A stretch of 64,000 nucleotides of DNA from Octopus sinensis (taxonomy: Eukaryota): NCBI RefSeq assembly GCF_006345805.1, contig NC_043015.1, positions 30,752,001-30,816,000 of the forward strand, given 5' to 3'. This document shows positions 53,421 through 64,000 of the stretch, piece by piece. The number at the start of each line of letters is the position of its first letter. Within the stretch, counting starts at the first letter, position 1. Under the pieces are notes generated by a model. That model saw only the letters and a program-made list of their open reading frames with translations. It did no database searches and had not been told where the DNA came from. Position numbers and translations under genes: made by a program.

Positions 53421-53793
53421 GAAGCACTCCGTCGGTTACGACGACGAGGGTTCCGGTTGATCCGATCAACGGAACAGCCTGCTCGTGAAATTAACGTGTA
53501 AGTGGCTGAGCACTCCACAGACACGTGTACCCTTAACGTAATTCTCGGAGATATTCAGCGTGACACAGATAGTGACAAGGCCCCCTTTGAAATACAGGTA
53601 CAACAGAAACAGGAAGTAAGAGTGAGAGAAGTTGTGGTGAAAAGTACAGCAGGGATCACCACCATCCACTGCCGAGCCTCGTGGAGCTTTAGGTGTTTTC
53701 GCTCGATAAACCTCACAACGCCCGGTCTGGGAATCGAACCGCGATCCTACGACCACGAGTCCGCTGCCCTAACCACTGGGCCATTGCGCCTCC
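53421..53793 (-). mobile_element. SINE family B, tail type 1, full length
   Basis: Minus-strand head 'ggaggcgcaatggcccagtggttagggcagcggactcgtggtcgtaggatcgcggttcgattccc'. Confidence 0.92.
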
Positions 53794-53907
53794 ACATATT
53801 ATATATATATATATATATATATATACATACACACCAAATGTGACCGCGTGTATACTGTTGGCGATTTTTTCCTGCATCTTCCCTTCCTTGGATCTTTCCT
53901 TTTCCTA

Positions 53908-53945
53908 TGTTTCTGACGAAGAGCTCCGCTCAGAACGTTAAATCC
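53908..53945 (+). ncRNA. Penelope-type minimal hammerhead motif, GAAA box mutated
   Basis: GTTT-CTGACGA-A-GAGC-TCC-GCTC-AGAA-CG-TT-AAAT. Confidence 0.5.
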
Positions 53946-54631
53946 TCCTTTCTTCCCTTTCCTGAGCGACCAATAACTCTATACTTGTTCCACGTCCTCA
54001 CGTTGTTGTGTTTTCATGTTTGGATTAACTTTATGTATATATATATATATTTATATGTATGTATATTTGATGATTATTTTATGTTTCCTTTTTCCAAGGA
54101 CAGCTTGATGTATTGGTGAACAGTCAATAGTGTTGGAGAGCCTAAAAATTAAAGTTGTAGTTGAAAAAAGTCAGTTGATGTGGAGGACTGAAAACATCTG
54201 AATATTGGAAAAAGAGTTACTTGTATCTTGATGATTTGCATTGGGTGTCAAAATGCCAACACCATGACTGCTGCTTTGATGCTCTGTAAATTCTGTAAAG
54301 ACTACGACCTGCAACAGAGACTATGAAGCCATGGCCTTTTAAAAAAGAAAAGCATTACAACACAAATATGAAATTTTTGGTTATCCATTTCAAATGTCAA
54401 TAAGAGGTAGCTGGAATGAAAGACAAATCTATTTTTAGTCAGGAACAAAGAGGAGATGCATTATCACTTCAAGCAACACCAAAGTTTTAACTGTCTTATG
54501 TTTCAGGTGTGTTCAAAGAAGTGTTAAAATATTTAGCTTAAAAACGCCCAGAACTTTCCGGACAACATATATATACGTTTATGAATTTGTGTTGCAAGAT
54601 TCTTGATGTGAAGTCGTGTGTTGAAACAGAG

Positions 54632-55142
54632 ATTGTTGTATTTCGGGATGGTCATTTTTTTTTTTTACCAAATACACACACATATATTCATTATTTACTC
54701 ACTTATCACTGTTCTTATTCTAGATCATGTCCATTGTCCAGAAATCTTTTGTCACACGTCTGTGACCTCCTCAGTGACACTTTCCATCTTCGTCTGTGCT
54801 CTTGCTATGATTAGTCCATTCTGTTCTTCTATGATGTGTATCCTTATATGCAAGTGCATCTGTGTTTGTGTGTGTGCGTTTTTGCTTAGAACAATGACAC
54901 ACACACACAGACACAGGAGCATATATGGATACACATCATAGAAGAACAAATGGAATAAGCAGAGAAACGGCACACAAAAGACAAAGTGTTGCAGAGGAGG
55001 TCACAGATGTGTGATGAAAGATTTCCGGATAATGGACATGAGTTAGAATAACAACAGTAATAAACGAGTGAATAATGAATATATAGTGTGTGTGTGTGTG
55101 TGTTTATTTGGCAAAAAAATGACCATCCCAAAATACAGCAAT
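54632..55142. mobile_element. 511-bp imperfect palindrome (foldback MITE)
   Basis: Left arm 'attgttgtatttcgggatggtcatttttt...ctatgatgtgtatcc' is the reverse complement of 'ggatacacatcatag...aaaaaatgaccatcccaaaatacagcaat'. Confidence 0.9.
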
Positions 55143-55214
55143 GTATATATATATGTATGTAGATTGATAGATAGACAGTTATGCATTTTACAAAGATTGC
55201 CCTCCAGCACATAA

Positions 55215-55960
55215 TGCTGGAGAAGAATTACTGATTCTTCTCTAGCACCATGTATAACACAATCCTTAGTCATTTTCTTTGTCTGATATAACACTTCAGA
55301 TAATTTTTCATAATCTTGTTTCAAGTCTCACCTCTCTTCCACTGATACCATTCAGTTTTGAGTGTTTGGCAATTCCTCATGCAGCTATCATTCTCTATGC
55401 GCATCACATGCTCATACCAGTGCACTCTCCTCTCAACTCAATTGTACTTTGTCATTCATGCACACAGACATTATACATCCAGCAAAACATCCCTGCTTCA
55501 TTTCCTTCCAGTCTTTGCAGAACCTCTGCATTCAAAGCCCATCTCTTACTGCTGTGCAGCATCACACTTGGCAGTTACAATCTTCAGCCTATCCCATTTC
55601 CTGATGTAAATAACTCTGTCTGGTTTGTGTAGTCTCCACTTTAAAGAGTAATTGAGTTGCTGGCCGGTTTCCAGAAGTTCATGTTGCAGGTTCTGAACCA
55701 TCATAACGTTTGTCTAACATGTCCAGCAAAATCACCAGCTTTCATTCCAGTGCAACTGATTGCAGCATCAGTGATTCTTCACTCACTATTTTGCTCCATC
55801 AGTAGCAATGGCATTTGTGTTACCATGTGGTTGCCAGTAAGTACAAGCCACTGATGAAGGCCAAAAATGTAGAAATACACATCTACTGTTACTGGACGAT
55901 TTTCGCTACCTACTGTTAAATGTGTTCTTAAACACAACAAGTTCATAACAGGTATTTCCA
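55215..55960 (-). mobile_element. RTE-clade LINE 3' fragment
   Basis: Minus strand gives decayed RTE C-terminal motifs (MLHSSKRWALNAEVLQRLE.NEAGMFCWM; RRVHWYEHVMR, cf. RRLRWYGHVMR). Confidence 0.75.
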
Positions 55961-56049
55961 GATGAATACTACAGTTATCTCTTGTGATGTATTTGCTTTA
56001 AGTATCATACCTAGATGGCTTTTATAATCTAATACTATTTCTTTTTACG

Positions 56050-56237
56050 TACCGGTGGCACGTAAAAAGCCCCCACTACACTCTCTGAATGGTTGGCGTT
56101 AGGAAGGGCATCCAGCTGTAGAAATCTGCCAAATCAAGATTGGAGTCTGGTGCAGCCATCTGGTTTGCCAGCCCTCAGTCAAAATCGTCCAACCCATGCT
56201 AGCATGGAAAGCGGACGTTAAACGATGATGATGATGA
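56050..56237 (+). mobile_element. RTE-tail retroposon family C
   Basis: 'gtggcacgtaaaaagcccccactacac...gcatggaaagcggacgttaaacgatgatgatgatg'. Confidence 0.88.
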
Positions 56238-57282
56238 TTTCTGTTGCGTATGATGGATGGGCGGATTTTAATATGATGTCAGGAAACTCCCTAATGGAAC
56301 ATTTCCCAACGGATAGTTTGGATGAAAAAGAAGGGTTAAATACTCTCTGCTGTCACCACATTTAATACTATTTGACTTGTTGTGGAGGGTAACTTAAAGT
56401 CAGACCCAAAGTCACAAAATCAAAATCACTTCTTAAAGAATTAAAGATTACAGTACAAGAGAATTGTCACGAAATTATGAGAAGCTTTAAGTGATGTCTG
56501 AGACTTGTGCCTTGACAGTTCAAGGCAGGACAAGACCAGAGAGAAGGAGAGACACGAAAAACAGATGGTCATTGAAGAAACACAGAATGTGTGACGAAAG
56601 AACTCTGGCATATAATAATAATAATAACTGAAGACCAAATAGTGTGTATTAACTGGCAAAATGACGGTACCCAAATGTGTGTGTGTATATAAGACTATAT
56701 ATTAGTTTAAACGGAATTTGTAACTATTTAATCAATAAATATTCAATATATATATATATGAAAATATGTATTAATAGAAAACCTCTATAAATGGCTGATG
56801 ATTGCTCAACATTTGAAAACTGTTGTAATACTTACAATGTTTAATAAAATGATGTAGCGTGGAACGATCGTACCAAATTACCGAAGATATTCTTTTTGCT
56901 TATTTTGATTATATATATATATATATATTTCTTGAATATACTTAGCTTTCAAATAAATAACTTCTAATTAACACAGTTATAATTATTTTCCTAGGACTCA
57001 TTTTCTGTGTGTATTATGATTTTTGTATACTTCCATTTAAAAATGAGGGAATTTAAGGTAAATTACACTATATAGTGAATGTATTTATTAAAACGATGAC
57101 TTTTACAATATAATATTCTTGCAATGTTCAAAACATGGTCATGTATATATTTTTATTAATTTTGCAGAAGCAACTCAAGAGCCGAGAAGTTACGTGTTTT
57201 AGAACTTATCAAAACTCCTTGCTAAGTGCTACCGCACGAAACCCTTCAGCACTTGAGTCGCTTTGTTCCTTCTGCTTAACAT

Positions 57283-57297
57283 ATATATATATGTATA

Positions 57298-57356
<59 letters not shown>

Positions 57357-57436
57357 TATATTATATATATATATAGTCTGCTTTAGAGAGTTTTAGAATA
57401 TATATATATATATATGTCTCCTTTGGAGACATTTAG

Positions 57437-57500
<64 letters not shown>
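57283..57500. repeat. Compound (TA)n/(GA)n microsatellite
   Basis: Seen directly. Confidence 0.97.
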
Positions 57501-57504
<4 letters not shown>

Positions 57505-57914
57505 TATTATGTATAAAGATGCTTTTACCATACAAGGCGTATTATATGTGTGTAAATATATAATATAAAGCAGACGCTATGTTTGTGTTACATTAAAAAA
57601 AGAAAGTCCCTACATTCAGACAAGCACATTGCACACATCATAAAACCAGCTGACAAACGGCAGTGACGTGTAATTTAAAAAACAGACGGTTAAAGATGAG
57701 ACGTTGCTTAAAGAAAGATATTTGATTTGTCGGTTGCCTTTAACAGCTTCGTCATGTGGAGATAGTTCTGGTGTATCACCAACTCTTAGAATAGTTTTCG
57801 TTGTTCTCTATATTCCCACATTTGACCAGGACAGATTTTTACTGTACAACTGTAGGTTATATAGAGTGGACACGATAACGAACATTAGTCCCATTTTATT
57901 GGTTCATTTAGTCA

Positions 57915-57949
<35 letters not shown>

Positions 57950-58061
57950 CTTTGTTGATTTGTCTTTGAGTAAAGTAGAGACCAGCTTGTTTTATATTTG
58001 GTCACTTGCCACACAGGAGACCAGTGTATATATATTTTTATATATATATATATATATATAT

Positions 58062-58273
58062 ACTCTCTTTTACTTGTTTCAGTCATTTGACTGCGGCCAT
58101 GCTGGAGCACCGCCTTTAGTCGAGCAACTCGACCCCGGGACTTATTCTTTTGTAAGCCCAGTACTTATTTTATCGGTCTCTTTTGCTGAACCGCTAAGTG
58201 ACGGGGACATAAACACACCAGCATCGGTTGTCAAGCAATGCTAGGGGGACAAATACAGACACACAAACACACA

Positions 58274-58343
<70 letters not shown>

Positions 58344-58491
58344 TACGACGGGCTTCTTTCAGTTTCCGTCTACCAAATCCACTCACAAGGCTATAGTAGA
58401 AGACACTTGCCCAAGTGTCACGCAGTGGGACTGAACCCGGAACCATGTGGTTGGTAAACAAGCTACTTACCACACAGCCACTCCTGCGCCT
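58062..58491 (-). mobile_element. SINE family A, full length with long internal (TA)n
   Basis: Same structure as 7561 and 46226. Confidence 0.92.
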
Positions 58492-58510
58492 ATATATGAA
58501 AATATTTTTA

Positions 58511-59246
58511 ATACTGGGGACAGCTAATAAATTCTGATGGGGCTTTGAATGTAATTGAAATTAAAGGCGATGGTAAAGAATACACAAGAGGAAACCACAC
58601 AGTACAGAACTAGAGTGTATATATTTATTGATGGTGCCAAGAATACGACCTGTAGGCTTTCGCAAATGAAACTGATACCATAACCGATTTCTGATAGGAC
58701 GATCTAGATGAGATGATGGTGTTTAAGATACGGCATTTATATCAAAATAAAGGAACATTACTTTCTAATAGACCCAGGGTAAGGAGTCTATTAGATATTG
58801 CCATTATCTTAATACAGATGTGTAAAGGGGCGTTAATATTTTGGCGGCATTTTTTTAAAAATAACTATTCCCCGAAATCTCCATTTCTTGAAATATGGGG
58901 AGAAAGGGTAATTTTTTCCCCTTTATTTTTGCTTTTATATTCTTGTTTCATACAACGGAAATGACGATTCTGAAGGAAACAATGTTTTCATTTTTTGTTT
59001 CCTTACTTCCACACCGTTTCCTTTCCCACAAGGCACAGGACATTGAACTACAAGCTATTCCTAAATTCCGCCCATATTTTTATTATTTATATCGATGCTT
59101 TATTTTGTATAGTAACACAAAATTAGTTTCTAATGTGTCTGGTCAGCATAAACTTTTGATTCTCATTCTGTCAGAGTATTTCTCTCAATTCATAGCCTTG
59201 TCTACGCAAGAAAGCCCCATCAGAATTTATCAGCTGTCCCCAGTGT
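58511..59246. mobile_element. 736-bp Tc1/mariner-type MITE, TA TSD
   Basis: TIRs atactggggacagctaataaattctgatggggcttt / aaagccccatcagaatttatcagctgtccccagtgt, flanked by TA at 58509-58510 and 59247-59248. Confidence 0.75.
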
Positions 59247-59879
59247 TATAAACATTTTTAAAAAAATCTCATTATCTAATATGGTTATATCCTTTTCTCC
59301 TGCTTAAATATCACTGAAATCGACTTTGTCTTCCCATAGTTTCATAATTTCACTACCACCAACCTAAGGTCCATAAACTATGGGCATCAGAAATAAAATC
59401 CTGTGACATTCATATATCTTCCAACCTTAGCCCAGTAGAACACCTAACAGTAATATTGGTTTCAAATTCTGGCACAAGACCAGCAATTTCTGGTGTGCTC
59501 AACTGGTATTTATTTTATCCAGCCCCGAAAGGATGAAAGAAAGACAAAGTCGACCCCGGCAGCATTTGAACTCAGAACACGAAGACAGACGAAATGCTGC
59601 CAGGCATTATCTAACAGTTTTTTTTTTGTTCTACACAATAAATGTAAATTGTCTTTAAGCAAAGACAATAAAGACTTTCTTTTTTGAAAACAGTGGTAGT
59701 TTTGGCTGCTATTTCTAGTAGGGTTAGCCACCACGTAATAAAAATAGTGTTGCTTTCACTGTCGTTAAAATGTTATTTTGAATAGAAAGGAATGTTGTTT
59801 TTTTTATTGAAAACGGATATTTACATATAAATATTTGTATTTAAACAGTCGAATACGGAAATTGTTTATATATATGTAA

Positions 59880-60000
59880 ACCGATTGGTTGATAAGTTCA
59901 TTGCTTGCTTGTCCTGTGAATAAATTTCCCTTACTAACATTTGTATTTCCCGCCTAAAACGGTTGAGTGCGCCGAAGTAACCACAGCGCAACGGGCAAAT
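59880..60000. promoter_or_regulatory. Possible promoter island (CCAAT plus E2F-like site)
   Basis: GATTGG 59883, TTTCCCGC 59946-59953 and CpG clustering outside any recognised repeat. Confidence 0.3.
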
Positions 60001-60724
60001 CTCCCGTTCCAATTACTATAACGAAAGCCTTGATATGGTCACACCACCTGCTAGAAACAGCAGCCAAATCTCCCTCAAATTCGTATCCCCTACTACCATC
60101 ATTTTAAAAATGGACATGTTGCACAATGTGGTCCTGGGTTCCCTGCGCATAGAAAAAAAGACGGAATGGTCACATATGGAACGTCTTTGATCGCAGGTCT
60201 GCTCGATTAAAACTGATCTGGGACAGCAACCAACTATCAGAGGTTTGGTGATACAAACGGGAATATAGAACTCAAAAACTTTATTAAAATATATAGATAT
60301 ATATATATTATTAACCTGTAGGGGTGAGAGAGTGACTCAAGGGCTGAGAGTTTCGTGCGTTGGCACTTTATCAAACTGGTTTTTAATCAAGGGGGCATTT
60401 AGAAACCCTTTGGTTTGAAACCAGTTTGATAAGTTCAAACTCCCAAAACTCGGTTTTTGGTTCATTCTGTAACTTCTGCTGCGCAAATACATATCGAGAA
60501 AAACAAGGGAGTCTCTATGTAGTTGCATGGGACTGCTAGAAACAACCAGATCTACGTCAAATCTAACCCTATCGTCTTAAAAAAAAACGAAGGACATATT
60601 AGATTTACAACTATGCCTAGGGAAAAAGTGATGAAATTCGGGACTAACATGTGTATAATAGAAGAGTATTTAATAAGGGTTTAATGAAATAAATTTAAAG
60701 TTAATTTAACAGTTTTAGTATCTT

Positions 60725-61205
60725 TCGCTTCTTCCAGTTATTTTACTGCGGCCATGCTTGAGCACCACCTCGAAGAGTTTACTCGAACAAATCGACCCCA
60801 GTAATTTTTTTTTTTAAGTTTGGTACTTATTTTATCGGTCACTTTTGACGAATCACTAAGTTACGGGAATGTAAACAAACCGAACCAACACCAGTTGTCA
60901 CGCGTTGATGGGGACAAACATACGAATATCTTAAAGAGAAAATGGAAACGATCGTTTCGACCTATCGTGCATCGGTTCCTCGCGAATACAGTGGTGTTTA
61001 CCTAAATTTAGAATTATTACTTTATAAAGCAATATATACATAAGACACGCTTCCACAGTTTCCGTCTATCAGATTCTCTACTAAGGTATTGGTCAGCCCA
61101 ATACTCTCTAGTAAAAGACACTTGCTTAAGATGCCGCGGAGTGGAACTGAACCTGAAACCACTCGGTTGCAAAGCGAGCTCCTTAACAACACGGTCGTGC
61201 CTGCC
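60725..61205 (-). mobile_element. SINE family A, diverged
   Basis: 'actgcggccatgcttgagcacc...cagtttccgtctatc...gtggaactgaacc'. Confidence 0.7.
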
Positions 61206-62378
61206 ACATGTATTAATTATTAAGATGGTCCTTGTACCATGTAAACTGCTTCACTTTCAGCACACGATCCTAGATCAAAATCACTTCTTTAGACAAGTAC
61301 AACTCTGAAAAAGGATAGACTGGGAGTTGTGGAGGACCCACCACCAAATTAATTTTAATTAAATTTATTTCGGAATTGGGTTTGACGATGAGAAATTTCG
61401 ATTGCAATCTTTGAAGAGCAACTCTGTCAAGCGTGGATTCTTGAAAGCAAGTTCTGGTTGTCAAACTTTGAAATTAACGAAAGTTTGAAATACAATATAT
61501 TCAAAAATTAAATCCATCAAAATAAAAGTAAAACAACACAACACGCGGTTGGCCCGACTTGCTAGAAATAGCAATTAAATTTACCAAAAAGTTACACTTT
61601 CAAGAGTGACATAATATACTCTTCCCTCCAAATTATCCTAACTACTTAAAATAAGAAAGACACATTAATTAATTAAAGTAGTCTAGTGGAATGCTTTGAT
61701 GCTCGTACGGGACCGACCTGTGGCTAAACAACTATCTTGACGGTTACTACTATCGCCTCCACCTCCACCACAGTGTAGCAATCTCCCATTAGCTTCAGCT
61801 CCACCACCACCACCACCACACTATCATGATACCAACTTTCACCCTTATCTTTGGCCGTTACAAGATATGTAGAAGCCCTTTGTTCTCTTCAAACTTGGCG
61901 CCAATTTTTGAAACGTCTTCACAACTGAATCTATTATTTTACTGTTCTATTTATCAAAAAACATATCTTCTTGTTCTCAAATAACCTTGTAAATTATGTC
62001 ATGCAAATATTTTTCCCAGACCTCAAATAGTTTCAAAATATTTTGAATTTTTTTTTTTCATGTTATGTTATAAACCTGGATAAATAAAAACAAATTTTAA
62101 AAAAAACTTATTCAACTTTTATTATGGTTGTTGCGTGTTGTTACTATATTTGTTATTTATTTTATTTTATCTAGTTTCAGCTCACGAGCTGTGGCCATGC
62201 TGGGGCACCGCCATTTAAAATACTGCGCCCAACGTGTACAAAATAGAATTTATTTCATGTTAGGATAATACTTGGTATGTGTGTACGTGCAGGAAAGTGC
62301 CTTTAAATGATAATATTTTTAAATAGTTTCGATATTATAGATCTATAATTTCCAGTAATATATATATATATATATGTG

Positions 62379-62656
62379 TTTCGTCTCTAGTAGACCTTTC
62401 CGTCGATATCCGTAAAAAACATTTTTTTACATATGGGCTTGCGGGAACTTTTGAAGTTCACACACACACACACACACACACATGTACACCAATGCTTCCC
62501 ATGCAGGGTAACTTCAAAAGAACTTCCCTCGTCATACAATCGCTTTCTCTTAGTCTCTTTCGCTCTCATTACTTCAAAATTTCCCGCAAGCCCATATGTA
62601 AAAAAAAATGTTTTTTACGGAAATCGACGGAAAGGTCTACTAGAGACGAAAGATCG
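62379..62656. mobile_element. Foldback MITE copy C (family flanking U6)
   Basis: Same 'tttcgtctctagtagacctttccgtcg' arms; left arm and spacer partly deleted. Confidence 0.88.
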
Positions 62657-63681
62657 TCATATAAATATATATATGTGTGTGTGTGTGTATAATTTTTTCA
62701 AGTGTAATTTCAACTATGTTCTTTCTGTTCGGTTTAGACAAATATTTAGCTTTTAATGACTTGAATAAATAAATAATATTTGCTCCAGCATGGCCACAGT
62801 CTCTGGTTTCAACCTGCAACAGAATATATGTACCACAAGCTCAATGACAGTTATGCTTTGCAGCCACGTGGTCTGCATTCCGTTCCATGACGCGTGCACT
62901 TTAAACATGTGTTTCTAACTTTTGTTTCCGATTGACCCAATATCTTGTGAGTCGAATTTAGTAGACGAAAATTTTGTCGAAGGCCGCCGTATTTTCCCTC
63001 GAAAGTCTTGCAACCTAGCGGTTTGACAAATTAAATTGCGATAATTGATATGTTACTACAGCATAACCTATTTCTTTATTACCCACAAGGGGCTAAACAC
63101 AGAGGGGACAAACATAGTTATTATATCGATCTCAGTGCGTAACTGGTACTTATTTAATCGACCCCGAAAGGATGAAAGACAAAGTCTACTACAGCATAAC
63201 CAGTCTAGCGACTAAAATCAATAAAAGAATATACTTTCATTGATTGAGTGTGTGTGTGTATATATATATATATAGGGATCCCGACAAAAGCCCCTAGGAC
63301 TAAAAAAAACTTTTAGCCATTATCATCCTTTTATTTGGTGCCGTTTAAATTAAGCTTCTATCTCTAACCAGTTGAATAATCGCATAGAGGACCTTAATTG
63401 TGATGTTTCCAATTATACTGGCAACTATATATGATGCAGAATAAAAATGACACAAAATAAAAAGTAATTTAGCTCATTCAATTCATTATGAATCGATCTC
63501 ACACGTGTGATACTAACCAAATTCACACATCACACACACACACGTATGATGTGTGTGTGACAATACATGAAACTCGGCTCTTTGAATCACTAATTTCTGT
63601 GGATTATTTACTAAATGTATATTGAACTCTGTGAGTCCTATTTTCCCACAGATACATATACATACATACATATATATATGT

Positions 63682-63825
63682 CACTTAGCGGTTCGGCAAA
63701 AAGAGACCGATAGAATAAGTACTGGGCTTACAAATGAATAAGTCCCAGGGTCGATTTGCTCGACTAAAGGCGGTGCTCCAGCATGGCCACAGTCAAATGA
63801 CTGAAACAAGTAAAAGAGTAAAGAT
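63682..63825 (+). mobile_element. SINE family A 3' half
   Basis: 'cacttagcggttcggcaaaaagagaccgatagaataagtact...atgactgaaacaagtaaaagagtaaag'. Confidence 0.88.
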
Positions 63826-64000
63826 ATATATATATATATATATTTGTATATAAAGGATGGTTTTGCGCGTGCGCGACAAAAGCCAAAATCCCGCACTCCC
63901 TTCCAAAAAAAAAAAAAGATTCAGTTTTATTCCACAAGTGTTCTTTAATATTCCTGCTCTTTTAATACCGCAAAGCATTAATACTAATGGTAGACGTCTA

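Noticed and set aside
53720-53793. tRNA genes (also at 13040-13100, 24961-25030, 45891-45960)
   Set aside because: A/B boxes are present but run straight into SINE bodies; no complete acceptor stem or terminator.
57600-57900. Minus-strand open segment RTTKTILRVGDTPELSPHDEAVKG as an exon
   Set aside because: Weak donor, no partner exons and no recognisable homology.

Overview
AT-rich, microsatellite- and repeat-dense animal genomic DNA. The SINE/RTE repeat repertoire suggests an octopus or other coleoid cephalopod (inference, not proven). No prokaryotic-type features. Main content: (1) an intact U6 snRNA gene (11155-11261) with a TATA box at about -30, lying between two oppositely oriented copies of a foldback element; (2) a spliced RBMX/hnRNP G-like gene on + (predicted non-coding exon 14012-14184; 9 phase-consistent coding exons 19817-35092, 501 aa), with a candidate 39-nt in-frame microexon, a candidate poison exon and a candidate stop-containing alternative exon; (3) a tentative chain of short minus-strand exons (35241-36456) converging on RBMX, and a tentative first coding exon at 46778; (4) many mobile-element remnants: Helitrons, Merlin, Tc1/mariner, HERO-like RLE LINE, RTE, CR1-like, MITEs, several SINE families and degenerate Penelope-type hammerhead motifs; (5) tandem structures: a 1.64-kb CAT/GGT array giving a poly-His ORF, 89-bp and 65-bp minisatellites, and a 1.18-kb near-identical tandem duplication. 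All calls were made by eye from the sequence; no searches were run, and repeat boundaries are approximate unless termini are quoted.
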